From a bacterium (GTDB lineage: Bacteria > UBA10199 > 2-02-FULL-44-16 > JAAZCA01): a stretch of 64,000 nucleotides of DNA. The notes under the pieces are model-generated. The model was not told the DNA's origin. It saw nothing but the letters and a program-made list of their open reading frames with translations, and ran no database searches. Both the position numbers and the translations under genes were made by a program. Numbering within the stretch: position 1 is the first letter of the stretch; each line of letters begins with the position of its first letter. Of the stretch, positions 1-10,482 are shown one piece after another. The stretch lies in the NCBI GenBank assembly GCA_963674695.2, contig CAXXGI010000002.1:288001-352000 (forward strand), read 5' to 3'.

Positions 1-838
1 TGACATCGCGTTTCACCTCGCCCCCGAGCGTGGCGGCGAGGATGTTCTGATATTTTCGGAGCGCGCCGAAGAATCCTTCGACCGTCTCGCGCCGAACGCG
101 CCGATCCTTCGACGCGCGATATTTTCCGTAATTCGAAAGGGTCAGTTGTATGCGCTTGCCCTTCTCATCCGTGACCATGGGGAGCTGCAGGTCGCGCATC
201 GTCGCCTTGAAGACAAGTTCGATATCGGAAGGAATCTCGTTGAGATCGGTTTCGGAAAAGAGGTTGTCGCCGACGATCCCGAGGACCTCTTCGGCCTCGG
301 GGCCCTTCATGCGACCGGCGCGACGCGTCATGTTCTGCACGTAGGCGCGATAGGGCTTGAGCGAGGTGTCGGCCAAGAGGGTGGAGAGCGTCGATGCATC
401 CATCGCGAGCAGCTCCTGTCGCATGAAGGAGGCGTTCTGCTGGAACGACTTCATGAGGGTGACGCTGCGCTGATTCATCTTCTGATAGCGTTCGACCTCC
501 ACATCCTGATCGTGCTTGAGATTGGCATACATCGAGACGCGGTCGAGGATGCTGCGCAGGGAAAAGTAGTCGGTGAGGCAGGCGGAAAGTCCGGAGGCGG
601 TGGAGAGCTTCCCCTTGTGATGCGGCAGCGCGCTGATCTGTTTTTTTGCCTGTCGGTACATGCCTTCCCAGGCGCCGTCGCTCCCCGCCAGCGGCGCGAG
701 CTTCCATTTGTATGCAGACGGAACACTCGACCGGGGCGCATTGGAATCCGGCGTGTAGGTTTTGCTCGGTGTGGCAAGAACTGTTGCCGAGAAGAAGGAG
801 AGGATGACGACACCGATGATCATCTGCACGCGTTTCAT
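1..838 (-). CDS. pepF: Oligoendopeptidase F (M3B) with signal peptide, 3' end outside window
   Basis: Not in ORF track because it runs off the edge. Manual translation MKRVQMIIGVVILSFFSATVLA...RSSVPSAYKWKLAPL...LTLSNYGKYRASKDRRVRRETVEGFF resembles the PepF N-terminus. AGGAGG RBS upstream. HEXXH not reached. Confidence 0.75.
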   Translation of the reverse strand, partial: MKRVQMIIGVVILSFFSATVLATPSKTYTPDSNAPRSSVPSAYKWKLAPLAGSDGAWEGMYRQAKKQISALPHHKGKLSTASGLSACLTDYFSLRSILDRVSMYANLKHDQDVEVERYQKMNQRSVTLMKSFQQNASFMRQELLAMDASTLSTLLADTSLKPYRAYVQNMTRRAGRMKGPEAEEVLGIVGDNLFSETDLNEIPSDIELVFKATMRDLQLPMVTDEKGKRIQLTLSNYGKYRASKDRRVRRETVEGFFGALRKYQNILAATLGGEVKRDV

Positions 839-895
839 GGAGCCTCCTTGTCGATGGGATGGAGAGCCTAGTGCAGCGAGCCGACGTTGACAAGG

Positions 896-1025
896 GGGCA
901 CCTCTAAAAACCTATGATGCGCCACCGCGAGGGGAAAATGGAGATCTTTTTTACAGGGTCATCGGAAAAAAGGTCTCCATTTTCCCCGGGAGGTGGCATC
1001 AATAATTGAGTTTTTAGAGGTGCCC
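896..1025. mobile_element. MITE-like palindromic element with perfect 16-bp terminal inverted repeats
   Basis: GGGCACCTCTAAAAAC (896-911) and GTTTTTAGAGGTGCCC (1010-1025); internal hairpin 921-997; no ORF. Confidence 0.7.
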
Positions 1026-1081
1026 AAGCGGTGGTCCCCACAATTGCATTGTCCGGGCGCGACTGATAGAGATGACATCCT

Positions 1082-2023
1082 ATGATCGCTCTTGCCCTCC
1101 TCTGCTTGGCCGGTATCGCCCTGCTCTATTTCGGCGCCGAATGGCTCGTGCGCGGCGCCTCCTCGATTGCGCGGCGGTTGGATGTGCGCCCGGTCATCGT
1201 CGGGCTCACCGTCGTCGCCTTTGCCACCTCGGCACCGGAGTTGATCGTCAGCATCGTTGCCGGGCTGAAACATCAGGGCGATATCGTTCTGGGCAATATC
1301 CTGGGGAGCAACGTGGCCAACGTGGGCCTGGTGCTGGGTTTGGCCGCGCTCGTGCGACCATTGCGCGTCGAGCGCGCGCTCATTCGGCGCGAGGTGCCCG
1401 TGGCGATCGGCGCGGCGCTGCTCTTTATGGGGCTGTGTTGGGACGGCCAGCTCTCGCGCATCGATGGCGCGATCCTCCTGGCGGTCTTTCTCCTCTTCCT
1501 CGGAGCGAGCATTCGAACGGCGATTGCTTCGCGCCGCTCCGATTTCGATCTCCCGAAGGGGACGCGATCGACGGGGTGGTCGATCGTTCTGGTGGTGGCG
1601 GGGTTGTGCGCGCTCGTCGGTGGCGGACACCTGCTCGTCACGTCGGCGGTCGCCTTTGCGCGCATCTTCGGCATCAGCGAACTCTTCATCGGACTCACCC
1701 TCGTGGCGGTGGGCACTTCACTGCCAGAGCTGGCGACCTCCGTCGTCGCCTCCGCTCGCGGCGAAGACGATCTCTGCGTCGGCAATGTCGTCGGCTCCAA
1801 CATCTTCAACATCCTGCTCGTGTTGGGGATCGTCTCGTTTCTCCATCCGGTTCTCGTTCCCGCCTCGCTCTTTCGGATTCAGTTTCCCTTTCTGATCGGA
1901 ACCGCCCTGCTCCTTTTGCCCATCATGCGCACCGGGTTTCGTATCTCGCGCATCGAAGGGGCTCTGCTCATCGCCGCCTACGCGGCCTTCATCTTTCTGT
2001 CCTCTGTGGGGATCGTTGACTGA
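1082..2023 (+). CDS. Calcium/sodium antiporter (YrbG/CaCA family)
   Basis: Two repeats of the (A/G)TS(A/L)PEL...GN(I/V)xGSN alpha motif; ~10 TM segments. Confidence 0.92.
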   Translation: MIALALLCLAGIALLYFGAEWLVRGASSIARRLDVRPVIVGLTVVAFATSAPELIVSIVAGLKHQGDIVLGNILGSNVANVGLVLGLAALVRPLRVERALIRREVPVAIGAALLFMGLCWDGQLSRIDGAILLAVFLLFLGASIRTAIASRRSDFDLPKGTRSTGWSIVLVVAGLCALVGGGHLLVTSAVAFARIFGISELFIGLTLVAVGTSLPELATSVVASARGEDDLCVGNVVGSNIFNILLVLGIVSFLHPVLVPASLFRIQFPFLIGTALLLLPIMRTGFRISRIEGALLIAAYAAFIFLSSVGIVD

Positions 2024-2041
2024 GTGTGGGTCACGCATCGA

Positions 2042-3037
2042 TCAGCGGTGTTTTTTCTTCACGCGCGGCGTTCGGTGCATCGGGGTGCGGGGGGTCGTGC
2101 GTTCCTCTTCGCGCCGCAGCAGGAATCGGCGCAGCGCTTCGAGGTCGTCGGCGAGCGGCGCCTCGAGTGCCAGGAGTTTTCCGGTGAACGGATGTTTGAT
2201 TTCGAGCGAGGTCGCATGTAGTGCCAGGCGAGGGGCCGCGCGCGAGATGCCCGTCGGTGCATACAGGTCGTCGCCCAGGATCGGGAAGCCCTTTTCGTGT
2301 AAGTGAATGCGCACCTGATGCGTTCGGCCCGTTTCCAAGCGTGCCTCGACGAGCGAGGCATTCCTGCCGAGATGTTCACGAAGGGAAAAGTGCGTCACCG
2401 ATTCGCGGGCGCTCGCCGCATCTTCATCGGTGGAACTGCCGCGGAGGCCATCGCCCCGGTTGCGCACCATCATGCTGCGCACGGTACAAGCCTCCTCCGG
2501 AAAATGACCGCTGACCAGCGCCAGGTAGCGGCGCTCCACCCGATGATGAAAGAGGATCTCCTTGATGCGAAGCTGGCATTCCTCGGTGAGCGCGACCATC
2601 ATCAGGCCCGAGGTAAACTCGTCGAGTCGATGGACGGGCAGAGCGGTCCCGAGCAGATGTCGGACGACGCCGATGACGTTTTTGGTATTGCGCCGTCCCG
2701 TCGCAGAGACCGCGAGCATCCCGGGTGGCTTATAGACGACGACCATGTGTTTATCGCGGTGGATGATGGCGAGATCGCGGTTGGGACGAAGGCGCGGTGC
2801 ATCGCGTTTGATGAGCACATCCGCGGCATCGATGGCGCGTCCCGGGTCGGCGGTTGGGATTCCTTTGTAGAAAACCTTTCCGGTTTCGAGGAGGGAGCGC
2901 GCTTCCCGGTTCGTCAGCGGGAGTGCGCGCAGGTAGTCGATCAGGCGCAGCGACGGTCGATCTCCTTTTGGTGCAGACTCGCGCGTATTCGGTGGTCGCT
3001 TCGAATGTGGGCGGTGCTGTTTCACGTGTCCCCTCAT
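2042..3037 (-). CDS. RluA/RluD family RNA pseudouridine synthase
   Basis: KPPGM, HRLDEFTSG, TGRTHQVR and PILGDDLY motifs. Confidence 0.93.
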   Translation of the reverse strand: MRGHVKQHRPHSKRPPNTRESAPKGDRPSLRLIDYLRALPLTNREARSLLETGKVFYKGIPTADPGRAIDAADVLIKRDAPRLRPNRDLAIIHRDKHMVVVYKPPGMLAVSATGRRNTKNVIGVVRHLLGTALPVHRLDEFTSGLMMVALTEECQLRIKEILFHHRVERRYLALVSGHFPEEACTVRSMMVRNRGDGLRGSSTDEDAASARESVTHFSLREHLGRNASLVEARLETGRTHQVRIHLHEKGFPILGDDLYAPTGISRAAPRLALHATSLEIKHPFTGKLLALEAPLADDLEALRRFLLRREEERTTPRTPMHRTPRVKKKHR

Positions 3038-4737
3038 CGGACCTGCTTTGCGATGCGTTTTTTGAAGGCGAGGAGTTGGTCGCGGTCAGCAAATTCGCGC
3101 AGTTGGTGGACGAATTCGCCCATGAGGGCGTGGCGATGTCCAGGTTTGCAAGCGTAGATGGCGTCGAGGATGGCGTGCGCGAGATAGTCGTCTCCGCGCC
3201 ATGGTTTCAGTGCCACGGCCACTTCTTCGACAGCGATCGGCTCGAAGACGCCACACATGTCCTCGAAGAAGCGTCGCTCCAGTTCGGCATGGACGCGGGC
3301 CGTATTCTTGAGTGCGCGGTCGATGCGTCCGTGGAGGCGATCGGTGAATTGCCTATAGGCGATTTCAGCATCACCGCAGGGTTTATCTTCGAATGGACGC
3401 GAGAGCCCTTCGGCATCGCCGTCGGCCAGCCCAATCGGTTCGCCCACGCAGAGGCGGATGGCCGTGTTCGCACGGATACGCATGCTCCGACGTGGCGAGG
3501 CGGTGGCGGTGCCGGCGCATTCGATCGGCACGATGCAGACCGATCGGGTTAGCCCCGCCGCGCGAAAGGCGAGTTGCACATCCGTAGCGATGTGGGCACA
3601 TCCCTTCTTGAGGTGTCCTCCGTCAGCGCTGATGCGAGCGGCCGAACCCACTGTATAGTAGCCGGCATCGAGGCGTGCGCCCGCATCATCCACATAGGGA
3701 TGGGCGCGCGTCCCCTGAGGGAAGAGCGTCAGGTCGAAATTCGGGCCGTCGATAGCGGCGAGCACCTGGTCGGAGACGGCGCGGGCCGATCGCCGTCGGT
3801 CGCGCGAGGTGCGGTCGACGAAGACCATTCCCAATGCCTCCGCGATTCGTCCCAGGCCTAACAAACGATAGAAGATCGGATTGTCGCGAAAGTGGTCCTT
3901 GGCGAGCAGAAAGTGCGGCAGGCATTTCGCCGGATCCTCGAGCGCACCCGTGCGGGCGGCCAGCGGCAAACAGGCAAAGATGAAATCGAGAAAGCTCTTG
4001 TGGGTGAAGGCAAATATCTGCACGCCCCCGGCGGGCGCGAGATGTTCCTCTCCCTCGATCGTCACGCGGGCGCGAATGCGTTGTGCGATGCGGCTGGCCC
4101 AGACGATCGCAAGCGCGCCACAGACTTGGCGAACAACGTCGGTGCTGCGTTCGCGCACGGCCAGCAGGGCCAGGCGCGTCAGGCGAATCGTATCGAACAC
4201 GCCGCCGAGGAGTTTCCGCCGTGCGATGAAGACGCCTCGTCCGTTCGTGCGAAAGTCGAGGTCATCGACGGCGATCGTTCGATCGGGCGTCTGCGGCAGG
4301 TGCACGCGCACGATTCCCACGCTTTCGTCGAGTCGATCGAAAAATTCCTGCGGATGGATAGCGGCGTGCGCGCGCAGAAAGTCGAGCAGGCGCAGTTCTT
4401 CGGCATGTCGCTCGCGGCGCCAGAGAAGGGATAGACCCATGAGTGCGAGCGCACCGACGATGGCGCATGCGTGTGGCCAGGTGCCGCCATGTACCAGCGC
4501 CAGCGTATGCCAGATGATGGCACCGCCCAGGTAGGCGAACCCGATGGTGTCGCGCACGGGTCCGGTCCATTGTTCCCATCGTCCGGTGCGGCGCACGAGG
4601 AAGCGCGCGGCCCGATTGTTCACGGCGAAGGAGCGCGTGAGCAGCCGCAGAATCGGAATGGCAAAGAAGGCCCCGAATACCGGAGCCATCCACCAGCGCA
4701 ATTGCCAGAGCGCATCGGCGATGTGGGTGGCGTCCAT
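3034..4737 (-). CDS. Membrane-anchored PlsC-family (lysophospholipid) acyltransferase
   Basis: THKSFLD (HxxxxD) and FPQGTR motifs; N-terminal TM helices. Confidence 0.8.
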   Translation of the reverse strand: MDATHIADALWQLRWWMAPVFGAFFAIPILRLLTRSFAVNNRAARFLVRRTGRWEQWTGPVRDTIGFAYLGGAIIWHTLALVHGGTWPHACAIVGALALMGLSLLWRRERHAEELRLLDFLRAHAAIHPQEFFDRLDESVGIVRVHLPQTPDRTIAVDDLDFRTNGRGVFIARRKLLGGVFDTIRLTRLALLAVRERSTDVVRQVCGALAIVWASRIAQRIRARVTIEGEEHLAPAGGVQIFAFTHKSFLDFIFACLPLAARTGALEDPAKCLPHFLLAKDHFRDNPIFYRLLGLGRIAEALGMVFVDRTSRDRRRSARAVSDQVLAAIDGPNFDLTLFPQGTRAHPYVDDAGARLDAGYYTVGSAARISADGGHLKKGCAHIATDVQLAFRAAGLTRSVCIVPIECAGTATASPRRSMRIRANTAIRLCVGEPIGLADGDAEGLSRPFEDKPCGDAEIAYRQFTDRLHGRIDRALKNTARVHAELERRFFEDMCGVFEPIAVEEVAVALKPWRGDDYLAHAILDAIYACKPGHRHALMGEFVHQLREFADRDQLLAFKKRIAKQVR

Positions 4738-4740
4738 GGC

Positions 4741-5946
4741 TTAAGGTTGATCCTCGTGGTTTTGACGCGGTTCCGGACAGGACAGTGGGTTGAGGTCGTA
4801 GCGAAAGAGGAGATCGACCGTGCGTTTGCCGATGTGAAACGCCTCGCGCCCCAGTCGTTGGGAGATGCGGCTGGCAACCGATTCGGCCACGCCCGTCTGC
4901 GTCTCATAGATGGTGCTGATGATCCCCTTGTCCGTGATCGCCATCACCATGTCGATGGGATGGCGCACGAGCGAACGGACGTAGTGCTCGATCTGGCCGA
5001 CGAGTCCCTTGCTCTTCTTGATGCCGAAGCGCTTGCGGATGTTGGCGTAGTTGGTGATCGTGATGTCATACTTGAACGTGCGGCGATCGGCGTGCGGCTG
5101 TCGCGCTGTCTCCGAGGCCGGCAGCAACAGGTGATAGACCGGCTCGTGCGCCTTGGGTAAATCGGCCCAGAGCTGTCCGCCCTGATGTGAGATGAGACGG
5201 CGACACTCCGACAGCGCCAGGCCGCTGATCTCGTCGGTGCGATCCTGAAAGAGGTCGGCCAGAAAGAGCGCTCGATCGACGTGCTTCAGGTGGTGATCGA
5301 AGTTCGTAAAGCTGATATTGATGCCCGGTCCGCTGCGCAGGTTGAAATCGCGAATGTCGATGTCGATGCGGCTGCTGCGCGCCGCGCGTCGAACGAGGTG
5401 TTCGATGAGCTGCGAGATGGCCAAGCGGATCTGATCGACATCGGCGTAGACCGGCGGCAGGTCGGAAGAACCCGCAACGTGGTAGGTCACCTGGCGACTC
5501 AGGAAGAGCATGTCGTGCGTCATCAGAACGCGCCGAATCAGCTCGAGCGTATCGAAGGAGGGGGTGGCCGTGCTCGCCGGTGCGGGTGCAGCGATCGGCG
5601 GTGCCATCGCAGGCACCGGAGGCGTTACCGGTATTTCCGATCTTTGGACGAGCAGATCCAGGAGTGTGTCGAAGGCCTCGGTCGTTCGGGGATCGTCGGC
5701 GTCCGGCCACTGTCGGCGCAGATCGCGCAGATCGCGCAGGAGTTCGGTGTGCTCCGCGGAGGCTCGGTCTGCCCGCGACCGCGGCGGTGCTTGTTTCTTT
5801 GCCACGCGCTGAGGACGTGGTTTTGCAGCGGTCTTCGCCTTCTTTGGGGCAGGTCGTGCCTTTTGCGCGCGCGCTTTCTTGGCGACGCTCGCTTTCTTCG
5901 AGGCACGCGCGGTACCCTTCTTTTTTGCCACCTTTTTTGCAGCCAT
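4741..5946 (-). CDS. Lys/Ala-rich N-terminus plus degenerate HATPase-like and degenerate GGDEF-like domains
   Basis: MAAKKVAKKK...; ADVDQIRLAISQLIEH (N-box-like); GLALSECRRLISHQGGQLW (G2-like); C-terminal region with GGDEF-like helix pattern. Confidence 0.55.
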   Translation of the reverse strand: MAAKKVAKKKGTARASKKASVAKKARAQKARPAPKKAKTAAKPRPQRVAKKQAPPRSRADRASAEHTELLRDLRDLRRQWPDADDPRTTEAFDTLLDLLVQRSEIPVTPPVPAMAPPIAAPAPASTATPSFDTLELIRRVLMTHDMLFLSRQVTYHVAGSSDLPPVYADVDQIRLAISQLIEHLVRRAARSSRIDIDIRDFNLRSGPGINISFTNFDHHLKHVDRALFLADLFQDRTDEISGLALSECRRLISHQGGQLWADLPKAHEPVYHLLLPASETARQPHADRRTFKYDITITNYANIRKRFGIKKSKGLVGQIEHYVRSLVRHPIDMVMAITDKGIISTIYETQTGVAESVASRISQRLGREAFHIGKRTVDLLFRYDLNPLSCPEPRQNHEDQP

Positions 5947-6072
5947 GGGCCGTCTTTTAGCCGATTGACCCGCCAAAGACAAGGTGAAGCTTGAAGGGTG
6001 TATCGCTTCAAGGCTTGCATGCGATTCCTCGGGGTGATAGGTGGGGCGCCACTTTTTTCAAGGAGGCGGAAT

Positions 6073-7356
6073 ATGATGCAGCGGGCAGTAAGAATAGTGA
6101 TGATAACAGTGGCAGCGCTTCTGTTGGCGCAGGGGGCGTCTGCGACAGAGATGCCCAAAGAGATACAGGCCACACCGGCGGACAAGGCGCCGAAACTGGC
6201 ACAGGCACCGAAGAGCGTCGATCTGCAGACTGGACAGGAGCGGGTGATCCGGTTCTCGTGCAAGGTGCCGATCGGCTTCTATGGTTTTATCTCGGCCGAA
6301 ACCCTCTGGTCGAATGCGCAGCTGTCGAGTTTTGGCACCAACAACAACACGCCGGCGAGCTACAACCGGAACATGTCCGGCTTCAACCGCGTGGTCGATG
6401 AGTCGATCGACGGCAACAACGACGCATTCCTCTCCTGGACGGTGCAGAATACGCGCTTTGGATTTCTCTTCGATCCGTATGATTTTGGCGGCAAGCCGAT
6501 CGAGATCGACGGACGATTGGAACTCGATTTCTTCAGCACCGCCGACCTCTCGGCGGCGTCGGTGCGTCCGCGCCTGCGTCGTGCCTATGTCGGCATCGGG
6601 GGGAAGAGTAAACGCTGGCATGTCCTCTTCGGTCAGGAATGGGACCTCTTCTCGCCGCTCAACCCCGCGACGCTCAACATCGGGGGAAATCTCTGGCGTC
6701 AGGGAAACCTCGGATTTCGGCGGCCGCAGATTCGTTTCACCTATCGGCATCCGATCGGTTCGGAAAGCGGCATGGAGGCGGCGGTCAGTGCTAACCTTCC
6801 CTCGAACGTGATGACCTTCAACGATCCGGGCAACACCACCGCCATTCCGATGGTCGAGGGGCGTGTCGGGTTTCATCACCAACTTCCGGCCGGAAAACTC
6901 TGGGCCTATCTGTCGGGAGCGTATGCGCGCCATCGCAATGCGGTGGCCGGTGCCGACGACATCAACAACTGGGCGTTGGCGGCGAGCATCGCCGCACCCG
7001 TGCACAAATTCTTCATCCCGTCGGGCGAATTTCACTATGGCTATAGCATGGGGCTGATGCTTTCGAACGCATCGGACACCTCGCGGCAGCGTCTCCTGGC
7101 CGGGTGGGGACAGATCCAGAGCCTGTGGCTGGACTGGTTCGAGACGAACGTGGGCTACGGCATCGATACGCTGCAGAGCAGCAAGGTTGCGGCCGGCTGG
7201 GTCAAGCGCAATCAGGTGGCGTTTGCCAACCTCAAGTTCAAACCGATCCGTCCGTTCATCATCGGTTTGGAATACAACTACTTACGCACGACCTATCAGG
7301 GCACGGGCGCGAGCGAGGCTAACGCCGGATTTCTCAATGTGTTGTATCTGTTCTAA
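6073..7356 (+). CDS. Outer membrane porin (DcaP-like)
   Basis: Signal peptide; FYGFI, TRFGF, ELDFF, RLRRAY, GQEWDLFSPL and RRPQIR motifs; C-terminal YLF; AGGAGG RBS. Confidence 0.75.
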   Translation: MMQRAVRIVMITVAALLLAQGASATEMPKEIQATPADKAPKLAQAPKSVDLQTGQERVIRFSCKVPIGFYGFISAETLWSNAQLSSFGTNNNTPASYNRNMSGFNRVVDESIDGNNDAFLSWTVQNTRFGFLFDPYDFGGKPIEIDGRLELDFFSTADLSAASVRPRLRRAYVGIGGKSKRWHVLFGQEWDLFSPLNPATLNIGGNLWRQGNLGFRRPQIRFTYRHPIGSESGMEAAVSANLPSNVMTFNDPGNTTAIPMVEGRVGFHHQLPAGKLWAYLSGAYARHRNAVAGADDINNWALAASIAAPVHKFFIPSGEFHYGYSMGLMLSNASDTSRQRLLAGWGQIQSLWLDWFETNVGYGIDTLQSSKVAAGWVKRNQVAFANLKFKPIRPFIIGLEYNYLRTTYQGTGASEANAGFLNVLYLF

Positions 7357-7372
7357 TGATCGGTTGAAGAAA

Positions 7373-7414
7373 AACGAACAAGGGCGGCTCGCATGCGAGC
7401 CGCCCTTGTTCGTT
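7373..7414. terminator. Perfect 42-bp palindrome between convergent porin and tRNA genes (probable bidirectional terminator)
   Basis: AACGAACAAGGGCGGCTCGCA|TGCGAGCCGCCCTTGTTCGTT. Confidence 0.7.
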
Positions 7415-7438
7415 GTGATGGAAAAACACTTTCCTTTG

Positions 7439-7514
7439 TCGGGGTGAGAGGATTTGAACCTCCGACCTCACGGACCCGAACCGTGCGCTCTAGTCCAGGC
7501 TGAGCTACACCCCG
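7439..7514 (-). tRNA. tRNA-Pro, anticodon CGG (CCA not encoded)
   Basis: CGGGGTGTAGCTCAGCCTGGACTAGAGCG-CACGG-TTCGGGT-CCGTG-AGGTC-GGAGG-TTCAAAT-CCTCT-CACCCCG-A folds as a cloverleaf. Confidence 0.96.
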
Positions 7515-7616
7515 GCGAAGGAAAGGATCGATCGATTTCCAAAAAAGCTGCGATCCTCTATGGGAATTGGCTTCTCCTGTCAATGGGGCTCTGCGCGAGG
7601 GCTGTGCTCCTGTCCA

Positions 7617-8615
7617 TCAGCCCAGGTGACGCAACTTAAAGAAATGACGCATCTTTTCGAGGAGATGGTCGAAATCGACCGGCTTCGGGATATAGTCGTC
7701 CGCACCGGAGGAGAAGCCGACATTGCGGTCCTCCTCCTGATTGCGTGCGGTGAGCATGAAGATCGGGACATCCTTGAACTTGTCGTCGAATTTGAGCAGC
7801 CGGCAGACCATGAAGCCGTCGAGCTCCGGCATCATGACGTCGAGCAGGATCATGTCGGGGATCTCGCGCTTGGCGGTTTCCAGGCCGTCGCGCCCGTTGT
7901 TGGCAACCATCACCTCGTAGCCTTCGAACTCCAGGCGATCTTTAAGGCCGGAGGCGAAGTCGACTTCATCGTCGACGACGAGCACGCGCGGTTTTCGAGC
8001 AGGCGCATCCTTGAGCGAGCCATCGTCGATGGGAGGGACCTCTTGCGCTTTCGTCTCCAGTGCGGCCTCCGCCGTGGGCGGGGCTTCATCGGGCGGCAGC
8101 GCAGGCGCAGGCGCCTCGGGTTGCGGCGGCGGCGATGCGGGGGCGGGCGCTTGCGGTGTCGGTGCGGATGGAGTCGGTGTCGTTTGCGGCTGTGGTTTTG
8201 CCGCGCCGACCAGCGTGGCCGGCGGCACTTGCCGTTCGTGGGCTTTGATGTCTTCCATCTGGAAGGTCACCTGCACCATGTTGACCAGTTCCTGGGGATC
8301 GAACGGCTTGATGAGCATGCCGGCGATTCCCTCGCTCTTGAAGGCGTTGGTGAAGTCGTCGTGCCCGGTGCAGATGATGACCGAAATCTGTCCGCCCGGA
8401 TGGCGCTGATGAATCATCTTGAGAAAGGCATACCCGTTGAGCTTGGGCATCATGATGTCCAGGATCACGAGATCCGGGCGCTCGCTCTCGACGAGATCGA
8501 GCCCCTCGTCGCCATCGCTGGCGGTGACCACCTCATATTTTTCGAAGAGGAGTCGATCGCGAATGGTGGCGACATATCCAGGATCGTCGTCGATGATGAG
8601 TATCTTTCGAAACAT
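7617..8615 (-). CDS. Response regulator with two receiver domains joined by a Pro/Ala-rich linker
   Basis: ILIIDDD...LDIMMP...KPF and VLVVDDE...LDVMMP...KPV; no output domain. Confidence 0.92.
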   Translation of the reverse strand: MFRKILIIDDDPGYVATIRDRLLFEKYEVVTASDGDEGLDLVESERPDLVILDIMMPKLNGYAFLKMIHQRHPGGQISVIICTGHDDFTNAFKSEGIAGMLIKPFDPQELVNMVQVTFQMEDIKAHERQVPPATLVGAAKPQPQTTPTPSAPTPQAPAPASPPPQPEAPAPALPPDEAPPTAEAALETKAQEVPPIDDGSLKDAPARKPRVLVVDDEVDFASGLKDRLEFEGYEVMVANNGRDGLETAKREIPDMILLDVMMPELDGFMVCRLLKFDDKFKDVPIFMLTARNQEEDRNVGFSSGADDYIPKPVDFDHLLEKMRHFFKLRHLG

Positions 8616-8624
8616 AGAATCAGA

Positions 8625-9887
8625 TTATCCCTCTGGAATGGAGACCTCGAGCAGTTGCTCGTAGGTGCTCACTTCATCGGGAAAACCGATGACGCGTCCC
8701 TTTACGGCTGCATTCCAGTCCTTGCCGTCGATCGTGAATCCTTCCTCCGTGGCCACGGCCGCAATGCGTGTGAGAACCGCCTTTCCATCGTCGACGGTGG
8801 TCTGCGGCAGGATGACGGCGAAGCGCTCGTCGCCGAGCCACATGGAGGTATCGTTCATCCGGCGCATCATCCGTTGCAGAAGTGCCTCGATCTGCCCGGC
8901 GGTGTCGTTTTCTTTGAGCAGCTTCCGATCGACCTGAAAGATCAGCAGGGCCACCGGGTAATGATGAATCGTCGCTGCATGCACGCGATCGGCCAGCGCT
9001 TCGCGAAAGACGCGCTCCCGGTCGAGCAGGGGGAGCGTGAAGGCGAAGGTGGAACCGTTTCCCTTTTCGGACGTGACCCAGATCTTCCCATCATGGACTT
9101 CCACGAGCTGTTTGCTGATCGCCAGCCCCAGCCCGAGGCCGGTGCCGGGCGTGAGTATTTCGGAGGAGGCCTGTTCATAGCGATTGAAGATGACGGCGAG
9201 GCGCTCCGGGTCGATGCCGGAGCCGGTGTCCTGTACCTGCAGGGCGAAACAGGCGTCCGGGGGAGGTGTGTCTGTGCCCAGTCCTTCGAGAGGGGCATTG
9301 TCTTTGTCGAGGAGGAGTCCTCGGACGATGATGCGACCGCCCTGCGGGGTAAATTTGAGCGCGTTGCCCAGGAGGTTGACCAGGATCTGGCCGAAGCGAT
9401 TTTCATCCATGAAGACCATGGTTCGCGGGGCCGTCCATTCGAGCGCTAGCTCGATGCCCTGATCGGAGGCAGTGCTCTTGTAGGATTCGACGATCCCGGC
9501 TGTTACGGTGAAGGGGTCGATCAGCGACCGATAGAGGACCAGGCGCCCTGATTCTAGTTTCGATATGTCGAGGAGGTCGTTGATCGTGTTGTTAAAGCGT
9601 TTGAGGTTGTCATCGGCGATGACCAACGACTGGCGCATCTTGTCCGGCAGCGTTCCCGACACGCCCGCGAGCGCGTTGGAGATGACGTTCTTGATGGCCG
9701 CACCCGCGCTGCGCAGTTCATGACCCACGATGCTGATGAAATCGTCCTTGAGCTGTTCGCGACGGAGGAGCTCGTTGTTTTCCTGCTCGAGGGCGTGAAT
9801 ACGCTCGCGCGCCTCCTTGAGGCTCTTGACGGGGGCCTCAGGAGTGGTCTCCGTGATTCCGGATTGTCCAGTGCGAAAGAATTTCAT
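8625..9887 (-). CDS. Soluble sensor histidine kinase with C-terminal degenerate GGDEF-like domain
   Basis: HELRS, NLLGNALKFT, DTGSGI and GLGLGLAI boxes; WLGDERFAVILP; start MKFF with AGGAG RBS. Confidence 0.88.
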   Translation of the reverse strand: MKFFRTGQSGITETTPEAPVKSLKEARERIHALEQENNELLRREQLKDDFISIVGHELRSAGAAIKNVISNALAGVSGTLPDKMRQSLVIADDNLKRFNNTINDLLDISKLESGRLVLYRSLIDPFTVTAGIVESYKSTASDQGIELALEWTAPRTMVFMDENRFGQILVNLLGNALKFTPQGGRIIVRGLLLDKDNAPLEGLGTDTPPPDACFALQVQDTGSGIDPERLAVIFNRYEQASSEILTPGTGLGLGLAISKQLVEVHDGKIWVTSEKGNGSTFAFTLPLLDRERVFREALADRVHAATIHHYPVALLIFQVDRKLLKENDTAGQIEALLQRMMRRMNDTSMWLGDERFAVILPQTTVDDGKAVLTRIAAVATEEGFTIDGKDWNAAVKGRVIGFPDEVSTYEQLLEVSIPEG

Positions 9888-9909
9888 GTGGCTCCTGCCC
9901 CTGCAGTGA

Positions 9910-10332
<423 letters not shown>

Positions 10333-10482
10333 AAAAGGGCGAAAGCACCTTGACAACACCCCCATTTTTCTTTAGTACGCCGCTTTCTTTTCCAAGAAAA
10401 GTTATCCGTTTTTTGAACATCACCTCAGTAAAGTACATTTTTTAAACAGAATTCCTTTTTTCTCGTATGTGAGGAGGTCGGT

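Noticed and set aside
146-893. Track ORFs 146-871 (+) and 165-893 (-)
   Set aside because: The real gene is in another minus-strand frame (PepF from 838) that runs off the window.
7439-7514. tRNA-Pro as an island integration site
   Set aside because: No duplicate of its 3' end and no integrase noticed in the window.
7560-9449. 629-aa + strand ORF (likewise 33779-36595, 38926-40998, 46687-49014 and other long overlapping ORFs)
   Set aside because: Antisense shadows of well-supported genes in GC-rich DNA; no motifs.
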